Shown here piece after piece: positions 9,505 through 17,953 of a stretch of 64,000 nt of DNA; position 1 is the stretch's first letter, and the number at the start of each line of letters is the position of its first letter. A program made the position numbers and the translations under genes. Source of the stretch: Candidatus Obscuribacteraceae bacterium (GTDB taxonomy: Bacteria; Cyanobacteriota; Vampirovibrionia; Obscuribacterales; Obscuribacteraceae). Where the stretch lies: positions 79,480 to 143,479 of the forward strand of contig JBGASG010000011.1 in assembly GCA_044229845.1 (NCBI GenBank), given 5' to 3'. The notes below the pieces were generated by a model. The model was not told where the DNA came from, made no database searches, and was given only the letters and a program-made list of their open reading frames with translations.

Positions 9505-9948
9505 TTAAGTGCATCCCTTTCGTGGTGTCATCGGCACACTGCTGCACAGAGGACTCTTTGACTCTTCGACCAAGTCATCAAGACTGACTTTGGCAAAGGC
9601 CGACTCCACCGCCAGCGTTGCTTCGGATAGTTGCCGATGAAGCGGACAGAGATTGAATCCGTGAGACTCGATTCCCAGTGGGCAGGACCTGATCCGTTCA
9701 ATCGGATCGACAGCATTGACGACATCGAGAATGGAGATTTTCTTCGCGGACTTGCTTAACGAGAAACCGCCTCCCAGCCCGCGTTGAGAATTGACCAACT
9801 TTGCTCTGCCCAGTTGCTGCATTATCTTATTCAGGTAACCAAAAGGCACTTTGGTTACCTCGGCAATATCTTGTCCTCGGCAAGAAGCGTCCTCCATGGC
9901 CAGATAGACCATAGCCCGCAGGGCGTACTCAGCAGTTTGAGAGAGCAT
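9505..9948 (-). CDS. Rrf2-family regulator (paralog 1)
   Basis: SQTAEYALRA, SQRGLGGGF and CPLG..H...LCPLH motifs. Confidence 0.92.
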   Translation of the reverse strand: MLSQTAEYALRAMVYLAMEDASCRGQDIAEVTKVPFGYLNKIMQQLGRAKLVNSQRGLGGGFSLSKSAKKISILDVVNAVDPIERIRSCPLGIESHGFNLCPLHRQLSEATLAVESAFAKVSLDDLVEESKSPLCSSVPMTPRKGCT

Positions 9949-10037
9949 TAGCGACCTGTATATATGTAGACCTTGTTATACAGATTACCATGAACACTAA
10001 TGTGCAGCATGGTGTAGTTCAGAATCAAACCCGCAGA

Positions 10038-10055
10038 ATCATCCTTTTGAATGAG
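10038..10055. promoter_or_regulatory. 7-4-7 box ATCATCC-TTTT-GAATGAG
   Basis: TAAAAT (10076-10081) starts 29.5 bp from the box centre, ahead of rubredoxin. Confidence 0.65.
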
Positions 10056-10077
10056 GCATCTTCTCTGTTGAATTGTA

Positions 10078-10099
10078 AAATGGATATTGAGGTCCAGAT
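10078..10099. promoter_or_regulatory. Candidate Rrf2 operator AAATGGAT-N6-GTCCAGAT
   Basis: Palindrome overlapping the rubredoxin -10/TSS; related sites at 9964-9985 and 29764-29785. Confidence 0.5.
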
Positions 10100-10119
10100 A
10101 TCAATAAAGGAAATAAATC

Positions 10120-10353
10120 ATGGCAAGCGGTAAGACAATTTGTACTGTATGCAACTACATTTTTGATGACACATTAGGTGAGCCCAGACAGCAGATCGAA
10201 CCCGGTGTTTCTTTCGAAACACTGCCGGCTGATTGGCTCTGCCCAGAGTGCAATTCACGCAAGGAGATGTTCCAGCCATGCTCCTGTGTCAGCCTGCACA
10301 TATACGAAATGTCGTGTGTAGAGTTCAGAACTAACACAGGCGTCCAGCCCTGA
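10120..10353 (+). CDS. Rubredoxin
   Basis: CTVCNYIFD...LPADWLCPEC; AAGGA SD. Confidence 0.9.
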   Translation: MASGKTICTVCNYIFDDTLGEPRQQIEPGVSFETLPADWLCPECNSRKEMFQPCSCVSLHIYEMSCVEFRTNTGVQP

Positions 10354-10384
10354 TTGAGCAACGGGAGCTTCGCGAGATCTGAGA

Positions 10385-10987
10385 CTAAGCGACGTCTTCA
10401 ATGCCGCTTAGTCTGTCCAGAATATTACTTCGCTCGGCGGCGGAAGTCACAGGACTCACCCGTGTGTGTGGTATTAACGGTAGCAACTTCTCCAGCTCTG
10501 TGGTGCGTATGGAAGGGGTGCTCAAGACATGGATCACAGTTTCGTCGCCGCAACGTTCCACTATCACCACCTGGCAGGAAGTATTCAACGCAAGTTCTTC
10601 TGCTAGTTTGACATTGAAGAGGCTCATTCCGAGAACGATCACATTGTCTGCACTGGCTTTCTCCGCGAAAAATTGCGCCGGTCTGGCAAGCTGAATTTCA
10701 TCATCGAGCATGACGCCGCATCCTGCAGCCCTTGCCTCCAGTGATTGCATCAATGCACGGCAAATGTCGCACACGATTTCTACAATTCTCTCGCAGCCCT
10801 GCAGATAGATTCCGCTTCCGCATAATCCAGCGTTCCCAGAAAAACCTGTGGCGTCAAGGATGCTGTTTTGATCGACGAATGCGTAGGCTTTCAGTCCATT
10901 ACCGAGTTCTTTAGAAAGCGCAATGGCAATTCGAGCGGCGTCCAAGATCTCCGGGCTACCATCGACAACCAGGCTTATGGTAAACAT
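10385..10987 (-). CDS. Universal stress protein-like (divergent)
   Basis: N-terminal ISLVVDGSP...A..IA USP-like pattern. Confidence 0.55.
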   Translation of the reverse strand: MFTISLVVDGSPEILDAARIAIALSKELGNGLKAYAFVDQNSILDATGFSGNAGLCGSGIYLQGCERIVEIVCDICRALMQSLEARAAGCGVMLDDEIQLARPAQFFAEKASADNVIVLGMSLFNVKLAEELALNTSCQVVIVERCGDETVIHVLSTPSIRTTELEKLLPLIPHTRVSPVTSAAERSNILDRLSGIEDVA

Positions 10988-11068
10988 ACCCCGAACCTCC
11001 GCGGTGGACAATATTCCGCAATGCAAGCAGGCATTAACGTAACTCTAATATTTCCGGTCCGACCCGGC

Positions 11069-11086
11069 ATCCATCAGAGGGACGAG
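11069..11086. promoter_or_regulatory. 7-4-7 box ATCCATC-AGAG-GGACGAG
   Basis: Minus-strand TAGAGT (11047-11042) starts 30.5 bp from the box centre. Confidence 0.6.
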
Positions 11087-11140
11087 ATTTCAGCAAGATT
11101 TCAATCGCCGATACCTACATTGGGCGATTGTCTGGGAGAG

Positions 11141-12316
11141 TTAGCACGATTCAATTTCTTTGCTGAAGCTCTCCTGCAAGATTCGTTGCTGTGCCATGGC
11201 CTGCTCGTCGCACTCGTCGTAAAGGCAAAGCGGATCCTGGGCGAGGTAATCGTCATAGCCAGCGAAGGCACGGGCTCTAGATCCTCCACAGATTACTTTG
11301 AATTTGCATCTTCCACACTTGCCCTGCAAAAGCGATGGATCTCTCAGTGCGACAAACAACGGATGGTCCCGGTATATTTCCACTACGGACTGCTTGCGCA
11401 CGTTAGCGCTGCTCACAGGCAAGAATCCGCTGGGATGAACATCGCCGTTGTGCGAAATGAACAGCACGCCACGGCCATCATTAACCGACCGGTAAGCACG
11501 CAGCGCACCCAGTCTCATAGTCGGCGATAAAGTGGCGATGTCCTCTGGAACAGGAGACTCCCTGGAGACATATTCGATCAACACGCGGCGGAAAAATGGA
11601 CCCGCCGTCGCTTTAACATCAAAGGGAGCCACGCAGGCCAACTTGGCCATCTTGATCATAATCTCTTCCGCTTCGACGGGTTCGATTTGCATATCTTCCG
11701 TTGCCCGACCTGTGGGGACCAGGAAGAAAATGCTCCACAGGACGGCTCCCAATCTCTGCACCAAACCGCTCATCTCATCGAATCGATCAACGTTTCCTTT
11801 CCATACCGTAGTGTTGATCTGTATGGGCAAATCGGCCTCTCTGGCAAACCCGATTATCTGCATCGACAGCTCGAAAGAGCCGCTCACTCCTCGCATGCCG
11901 TCATGACAAAGCTGGTCAGGTCCATCCAGGCTGATCGCCATGCGTTCCACTCCCGCATCCTTGATACGTTGCACCACATCCCTGCTGGTCGAAGGCGTGG
12001 CACTGGGGGTGATCGCTACCGGAAAATCTCTGTCTCGAGCAGCTTTGATGATCTCGAACAAATCGTTTCGCTGCACCGGATCGCCACCGGTGAAAACAAT
12101 TAACGGGCGCCCGAATTCCTTCATCTCATCCAGAAGAGAAGTGCATTCGGCAAGCGATAGCTCTGCAGGATCGTGCGCACGAATGGCTTTGGCGCGGCAA
12201 TGCCGACAGGCCAGATTACAGGCGCGGGTAAGTTCCCAGAGCACCAGAAATGGTGCCTTTTCAAAATCGACTCTGTTTTTGGGTGGTCCGGCATTTGATG
12301 CTGCAAGTCTAAGCAT
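11141..12316 (-). CDS. Radical SAM/SPASM protein, TIGR04053 (AhbD/NirJ-related)-like
   Basis: WELTRACNLACRHCRA, PSGFLP and CGRCKFKVICGGSRARA motifs; start 12316 overlaps the narK stop. Confidence 0.8.
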   Translation of the reverse strand: MLRLAASNAGPPKNRVDFEKAPFLVLWELTRACNLACRHCRAKAIRAHDPAELSLAECTSLLDEMKEFGRPLIVFTGGDPVQRNDLFEIIKAARDRDFPVAITPSATPSTSRDVVQRIKDAGVERMAISLDGPDQLCHDGMRGVSGSFELSMQIIGFAREADLPIQINTTVWKGNVDRFDEMSGLVQRLGAVLWSIFFLVPTGRATEDMQIEPVEAEEIMIKMAKLACVAPFDVKATAGPFFRRVLIEYVSRESPVPEDIATLSPTMRLGALRAYRSVNDGRGVLFISHNGDVHPSGFLPVSSANVRKQSVVEIYRDHPLFVALRDPSLLQGKCGRCKFKVICGGSRARAFAGYDDYLAQDPLCLYDECDEQAMAQQRILQESFSKEIESC

Positions 12317-14021
12317 TGCGAAATTCCTTTGTACGCAAGTAGAAGAACCAATTAAGTAGCACGCAGACCAGATAGAATGCTGTGAAGCCGTACAATGCCA
12401 CTTCAGGCGAGCCCAGCTTGATCTGCTCGCCGAATTCCATCGGAATGATGAAGGCACCATATGCTGCTACGGCGGAAGACCAACCTAAGACCGGACCGGC
12501 TTGCTCTTTACTGAACACCACTGCAACTGTTCTGAATGTCGACCCGTTACCGATTCCCGAGGCAAAAAACAGCACCAGGAAAAGAAGGAAGAAAGGCAGA
12601 AAATATTGCTCCGGCGTTGCGGACTGATAGGCCAACTTCATGAAGTAAGCCACACCCAGACCTGCCGCTACCATGAGCACTGAAACAGCCTGTGTTACCT
12701 TGGCGCCGCCGAACTTGTCAGCCAACCATCCACCAATCGGTCTGATCAGAGCACCTATAAAAGGCCCAATCCACGCAAACATAAGGGCGCTAGGGGCATT
12801 CGGGTTAGCGATGTGCGTCCAAGCTCCGTCTGCCCCGGGCAGATGGGAAAAGCCAAAGATCAGTTTGATTGATAAGGGCAACGCTGCCGAGAATCCAATG
12901 AATGATCCGAAGGTCATGGTGTAAATGATGGTCATCACCCATGTGTGATGATTGCCAAAAATCTTGTACTGCCTGTTGAGGTTGTCTTTCAATCCAGGAA
13001 GCATTTTGAGCAAGAATACCGTGGCAAAAATCTCGGCCGGCAAAATTATCCACTTGCTGAGATTGAATCCGGCACCCGATGCAGTGGCTGGAAGCATCAA
13101 CCAGAGCGCCACTGCCGATGTAATGAACCCGATGCTCAACATGAGCGATATTCGAGCAAATGCTGCAGCCGGGCTTCCGAGGCCGGGCGACACCTGCTCG
13201 TCCTTGATATTGTTCATGCCAAACCAGGAAAATATCGCCAACGGTATCAATAAGGCGAGCCATATAAATGAGCCATTAGCTATGAAACTCTCCGCGCCAG
13301 GCGGAATTTTGCCAAACAAAGTACCACTAGCAGACTTGAGGATAAGCGGTGCCTGCCAGGCAAAACCAAAAGTCATCGCCAACGGTACCAACACTTGCAT
13401 GGTCGTTACACCAAAGTTTCCCAGTCCCGCATTCAGACCAAGAGAAAGCCCCTGCATCTTTTTCGGAAAGTAGAAACTGATGTTGGACATTGAGGAAGCA
13501 AAGTTACCGCCGCCAATTCCAGATAGCAATGCCATTGCCTGGAAGACCCATAGTGGAGTAGCGGTGCTCTGCAACGCAATACCTGTCCCAATAACGGGAA
13601 TCGTCAATAGCGCGGTCGTAAACCAGATTGTGTTCCTGCCTCCCGCCAGACGAATAAAAAACGTGCTGGGAATGCGCAGAGTCGCACCAGCCAGCCCGGC
13701 GATTGAAGTTAACGTGAAAAGCTGGTCTTGAGTAAAGGGAAAACCCAGATTGAGCATCTGGACAGTAAGCACCCCCCACGCCATCCATACCGCGAAAGCA
13801 CACAATAAACTCGGGATTGAAAACCAGAGATTGCGAAATGCTATTGCCTTGTCGTGGGCTTGCCACTGAGTGTCGTCCTCTGGGTTCCAATTAGTCAAAT
13901 TGCCCGAGTCGATGCGCGGCGCGCCGGCCTTCCCGGAGTTGTCCAGGCTGAATTCTCTTTGCTCACCACCTGCTTGATCTAGGCTTTCTTGACTCCGATG
14001 TGAGGCTACCATGAGCTTCAT
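12309..14021 (-). CDS. narK: Nitrate/nitrite transporter, NarK2-type
   Basis: W.PED, GATLRIP, GIGGGNFASSM and GIGNGSTF nitrate signatures. Confidence 0.92.
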   Translation of the reverse strand: MKLMVASHRSQESLDQAGGEQREFSLDNSGKAGAPRIDSGNLTNWNPEDDTQWQAHDKAIAFRNLWFSIPSLLCAFAVWMAWGVLTVQMLNLGFPFTQDQLFTLTSIAGLAGATLRIPSTFFIRLAGGRNTIWFTTALLTIPVIGTGIALQSTATPLWVFQAMALLSGIGGGNFASSMSNISFYFPKKMQGLSLGLNAGLGNFGVTTMQVLVPLAMTFGFAWQAPLILKSASGTLFGKIPPGAESFIANGSFIWLALLIPLAIFSWFGMNNIKDEQVSPGLGSPAAAFARISLMLSIGFITSAVALWLMLPATASGAGFNLSKWIILPAEIFATVFLLKMLPGLKDNLNRQYKIFGNHHTWVMTIIYTMTFGSFIGFSAALPLSIKLIFGFSHLPGADGAWTHIANPNAPSALMFAWIGPFIGALIRPIGGWLADKFGGAKVTQAVSVLMVAAGLGVAYFMKLAYQSATPEQYFLPFFLLFLVLFFASGIGNGSTFRTVAVVFSKEQAGPVLGWSSAVAAYGAFIIPMEFGEQIKLGSPEVALYGFTAFYLVCVLLNWFFYLRTKEFRNA

Positions 14022-14130
14022 CCTCTAATTTGGGCGCCAAAATTTGGCAACAATCCAATTGTCCACGTGGTGGCTCAGGCAGGCATTAGGACTGCGGTTG
14101 ATTTTCTGTAATCGCAAGGGTGAGAGTTCG

Positions 14131-14148
14131 CTCAATCCAAAGGTGGAT
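14131..14148. promoter_or_regulatory. 7-4-7 box CTCAATC-CAAA-GGTGGAT
   Basis: Degenerate match upstream of narK2. Confidence 0.5.
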
Positions 14149-14197
14149 ACCAGACAGTGCCCAACGTCTCCGGAAATAGGGCGACATTCTGAGCGCT

Positions 14198-15946
14198 CTA
14201 AGGAGAAAGTTGCCTGACAGACTCACCAAGTTCGAGCAGCTTCGCTTCTCGGTTCTTCAACTTTTGATGGGGTAAAGCTGACTGTGAGCCCAGGCTGTAC
14301 ACATCCAGCTCGCCCCGCAGGCGCGCCTGCAAAGTATCCAGAATCCACACGCCCGTGCCAGGAATATACGACGTTGATCCCTGCGCAACTCGCTTAGCAA
14401 ACAACTGGGCGGCCGTCTTCGGTCGCTTGACCGGCAAGCGGGATGATGACGCAGATGGGCCCGCAGCTGCTCGCGGCGCAGGCGGTGTCGGGGCAGGTTG
14501 CTTGAAACCATAGCCGGCATTGGTCAACTGGATGCCCCACGCCATCTTGGTGCCGCCAATCGATGCATTAAACAGGCAGCGTTCCAAAAACTCCTTATCC
14601 GCTTTTTTCTTTTCAGCGGCGTTCATCTGGGATTGTTGCTTGAATACCAGATCCGCAGTCTCATAAGCAGAAACACGGGCTGCCAATCGTTCGTCGTGGG
14701 CGGTAAGCATGCCCTTCAGCACGCTTATGTGCTCACTCAATTGAACCGGTCCGATTTTGCCGCATTCGCGATCGAGCCGTGTTTTCGCACGTTTGGCGGC
14801 ATAGTTACCGGCAATGCGGCCAATAATGGGACCCGTAACGATATTGGCACCAGATATGGTGAAGCCAATGCCGGCCGGTCCAGCCAGTCTTGGGTTACGA
14901 TCTGCAACCGCTAACAAACCGCAAAGCGAACCCATATAGCCACCTGTAGTGGCGGCGGACAACTGGTTGAGATATGAGACGTTGCGTGCTCCCAGGCGGC
15001 GCTTAGCCCGTACATGAAACTGGATATACTCAGCCAAAGCCATGTTGCGAAAATCTTTCAGAACGACTCCTTCCGCCGCCAGCATCTGTCGCTCCGACTC
15101 AGGCAAAGAGCTCGTACGCGCGAGTAATTGCTCACGTTCGGCCAGTGTGCGGTCGATGGCTACACACAACTCCATCGCTCGTTTTTGGGTGGCTTTGGCG
15201 TCGAGCCCTCGTTTTCGCAGCTTACAGTCGTTGACGGCATCGAGTAAGGCTTCGATGAGAACGCCTCCGGTCATGATTGAATGACTAGTCAAAAGCAAAA
15301 TTGGACCAGCCTTAAGTGCTCCTCGATTGGCTGTTGCAGGTCGTTGCCACGTGCGCCATCTTTCAGCTGCAATTGTGGTGATACCGGCTGTAGCGACTCC
15401 GGAGCCGGCCAGGTTGTACACGAACACACGCCATGGCTTAATTCGACTCTTATCAGTCGTGGACATGCGGAAGCGGGTATTTAGTATCAACAGCTCCACT
15501 TCATCTTGCAAAGCTTGATTGGCCAAACTATCAATGCGTGCTGTCACTACTGGCAGGTCGCTTTCATCAGCAGACTTACTCTCCGCCCAGTTGTTCACAG
15601 CAATCAGTTTTTTGGGGGCACCTTTCGCCATTGGCTCGGCCGTTGCCGTATCGTCTTGCGCCAACCCTGCTTCGTGTGCTGAATCGGTTGCGTATGCTGA
15701 ATCGGTTGTCGCCGTTGCCTCGTCCGTCACCGCTCCGTCCGCAACATCGATGCTGGTCATTGTTCCGAAAACTTTCGCAGCGCTCCCTGATTCCGAATCT
15801 GAAGAAGCCGCAGTAGCACTTGCACCTGAACAGTGCAACTTCTGCGAAGGTAGCGCCGAAAAATCTTGCGCTCTAGCATAGTTGGTGCTGCCAGTAACCA
15901 GACAGCAGACACTCAGAGCAACATGAAAGGCTGGGCGGATATTCAT
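14198..15946 (-). CDS. Hypothetical exported/membrane protein
   Basis: Long ORF with signal-like N-terminus (..ARA-QD), low-complexity linker and Gly-rich hydrophobic helices. Start uncertain. Confidence 0.7.
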   Translation of the reverse strand: MNIRPAFHVALSVCCLVTGSTNYARAQDFSALPSQKLHCSGASATAASSDSESGSAAKVFGTMTSIDVADGAVTDEATATTDSAYATDSAHEAGLAQDDTATAEPMAKGAPKKLIAVNNWAESKSADESDLPVVTARIDSLANQALQDEVELLILNTRFRMSTTDKSRIKPWRVFVYNLAGSGVATAGITTIAAERWRTWQRPATANRGALKAGPILLLTSHSIMTGGVLIEALLDAVNDCKLRKRGLDAKATQKRAMELCVAIDRTLAEREQLLARTSSLPESERQMLAAEGVVLKDFRNMALAEYIQFHVRAKRRLGARNVSYLNQLSAATTGGYMGSLCGLLAVADRNPRLAGPAGIGFTISGANIVTGPIIGRIAGNYAAKRAKTRLDRECGKIGPVQLSEHISVLKGMLTAHDERLAARVSAYETADLVFKQQSQMNAAEKKKADKEFLERCLFNASIGGTKMAWGIQLTNAGYGFKQPAPTPPAPRAAAGPSASSSRLPVKRPKTAAQLFAKRVAQGSTSYIPGTGVWILDTLQARLRGELDVYSLGSQSALPHQKLKNREAKLLELGESVRQLSP

Positions 15947-16044
15947 GACAGGGTCTCGGTGGAGATGCAGCAATGGTTAGAGTGGCACAAACAAAGGCCT
16001 TATGGCACACCCTGTAGAACGAACTGACATCGTCCCGAGGATGC

Positions 16045-16095
16045 AAATAAACAGATCGAAAGTGCCGAAGTAATACCTCCGGCACTTTCGATCTG
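16045..16095 (-). terminator. Intrinsic terminator with 16-bp perfect stem
   Basis: CAGATCGAAAGTGCCG (16052-67) / CGGCACTTTCGATCTG (16080-95), followed by UUUAUUU on the minus strand. Confidence 0.8.
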
Positions 16096-16142
16096 GTACA
16101 AAGCTGAATTTTGCGCGATGGGTAAAGCGATACCTGTTTCTG
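16045..16142 (-). ncRNA. Candidate ~100-nt small RNA
   Basis: Perfect box at 16176-16193, -10 TATCGT at 16153-16148, a terminator, and no ATG inside. Confidence 0.45.
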
Positions 16143-16175
16143 CTTTTACGATAGTCATCGAATGCAAAACAGCGC

Positions 16176-16193
16176 ATCATCCTTTCGGATGAT
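16176..16193. promoter_or_regulatory. Perfect 7-4-7 box ATCATCC-TTTC-GGATGAT
   Basis: Exact palindromic arms. Confidence 0.7.
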
Positions 16194-16227
16194 TCCCTCT
16201 AATATAGTCGAGAAGCGCTCAATCTAA

Positions 16228-16848
16228 TCACTGCTCGGACGTGCCGCTGTGACTCTGGTCACCTTTGATCTTGCTCTTGCGATAACTCAAGCCCATGCCT
16301 TTCAAGAGATGCACGAAGCCGTAGTCAAGCAATACAATGGCAAGAAATGCCAGACCAACGTGCGGCGCATATTTTTGCAAGTTCTGAAGAAACAATGACC
16401 AGGGGTCGCCGTGATGCGGATTCAAAGCGTCAGTCCCCTGCGCAAACTCCTTGCCATCAGCAATACCGTCCTCGTCCAAATCACTTTGACCAAGTGCGTC
16501 CGCCAGCTTCGCCGGGTCGCTGCGCATTTCGAGAAACTTCTTCCGTCCAACTACTTTGAGTATCTCGTTGCCGAACTTATTGAGAATCGGGCTGTCAACC
16601 TCCGTGCCCGGCTCCATAGCCTTGCGGGCGGCAAGAAGCTTCTTCATCTGCTCAGGTGTTAGGCCGCCCACTTGTCCGGACTCTGTTCCCACCGGTCCAT
16701 TACCGTGGGTGTGGCACATTGCGCAATTAACATTGCGTCCGGACTGCTTCTCAGCATAGCTCTGGAATTCCGGATATGCCACCGCCCCCGGTGCCAGGCA
16801 GAACAGGCACGTGATCGTCAACAGTGTCAGAGACACATTCGTAGCCAC
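16228..16848 (-). CDS. Membrane-anchored monoheme cytochrome c
   Basis: Signal peptide AVA-YP, CAMCH, DLDEDGIADGKE Ca-binding-like motif, C-terminal TM helix. Confidence 0.8.
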   Translation of the reverse strand: MATNVSLTLLTITCLFCLAPGAVAYPEFQSYAEKQSGRNVNCAMCHTHGNGPVGTESGQVGGLTPEQMKKLLAARKAMEPGTEVDSPILNKFGNEILKVVGRKKFLEMRSDPAKLADALGQSDLDEDGIADGKEFAQGTDALNPHHGDPWSLFLQNLQKYAPHVGLAFLAIVLLDYGFVHLLKGMGLSYRKSKIKGDQSHSGTSEQ

Positions 16849-16852
16849 TTGA

Positions 16853-17953
16853 TTATCCCCCTTTCACAAGGTGATAGATCTGCTCGCCCCAAATGGTCAT
16901 TACAACCAAATAGACTGTCGCGGCCCAAGTCAATAATTGCAGCGTTCGCCGGCTGGTGCCCTTGAATATCCAGGGAGCCAGAAGCAGAACTGCCACCACC
17001 AGACCCGAGCCGACCAGAATTACCCAGAACGGCAGCATCTCCAGTGGGTAATAGACAAAATAGAAATACCATTCCGGCTTGATGCCGGGCGGGGTTGAGC
17101 CAAGCGCGTTGTACGGTTCCAGAAGCGGGAAGGGCAAAAGGGAATCGAATGGAATGCAGAGACCCAACACAAAGAGGACGAAGAAGATCATGCTCCACAG
17201 CGTAAGATCTTTGAAAAAGAAAATGGGGAAGAACCGCTCAGATTTCTGCAAAGGTCTATCCACTCCCTGACTCATCCCGTGCAGCTGCACTTGCATCAAA
17301 TGAATACCCAGCAAAGCAAACGTCGCCAGAGGCAATAGAACCACGTGCAATGCGTAAAACCTGCCCAGGGTGGATTGGCCGACGGCAGACTCGCCCTGAA
17401 ATGTTTCCCTCAGTATGCGAGGCAACTCGGCCAGTGCCCCAGGCAAATAGGGACCTACTTCTTCGACTGATTGAAGTCCGACCTTAGTGGCATTGACCGC
17501 AATCTGATTCCAGGGCAGTAGATATCCCGTGAAGGCAAAGCCGAATGTCAGAAATAGAAGCAACACACCCATGATCCATGTGATCTCGCGTGGCTTCTCG
17601 AAGGCTTTCATGGCAAATGCAGTGAGCAGGTGCACCACAGCAAAGAAGACCATGCATGATGCAGACCAGGCATGCATGTTGCGAATTAGTGCACCGGCAC
17701 TTACGTGATTTGTAATGAACTCTACAGACAAGTGCGCATCGCTTACCGTGGGCTGGTAATAGAAAAGAAGAAACAGTCCGGTGACGCATTGAATCAGGAA
17801 GAAGAACAGGGTCAGCCCCCCCGTGTAGTAGCCCCAACTCATTTTGTGAACCGGCACTTCCTTCTTCTCGACCATCGAGTGGAAATTCATTTTCTCCACA
17901 GGGAATCTGTCGCCGATGAATTGCACTAATTGCGTCATCACGGTGGCTTTCAC
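16853..17953 (-). CDS. Cytochrome b of a Rieske/cytb complex (b6 + subunit IV-like in one chain)
   Basis: H-x13-H and H-x14-H heme ligands; GYLLPW and PEWY motifs. GTGA overlap with narI and GGAGG SD. Confidence 0.92.
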   Translation of the reverse strand: MKATVMTQLVQFIGDRFPVEKMNFHSMVEKKEVPVHKMSWGYYTGGLTLFFFLIQCVTGLFLLFYYQPTVSDAHLSVEFITNHVSAGALIRNMHAWSASCMVFFAVVHLLTAFAMKAFEKPREITWIMGVLLLFLTFGFAFTGYLLPWNQIAVNATKVGLQSVEEVGPYLPGALAELPRILRETFQGESAVGQSTLGRFYALHVVLLPLATFALLGIHLMQVQLHGMSQGVDRPLQKSERFFPIFFFKDLTLWSMIFFVLFVLGLCIPFDSLLPFPLLEPYNALGSTPPGIKPEWYFYFVYYPLEMLPFWVILVGSGLVVAVLLLAPWIFKGTSRRTLQLLTWAATVYLVVMTIWGEQIYHLVKGG

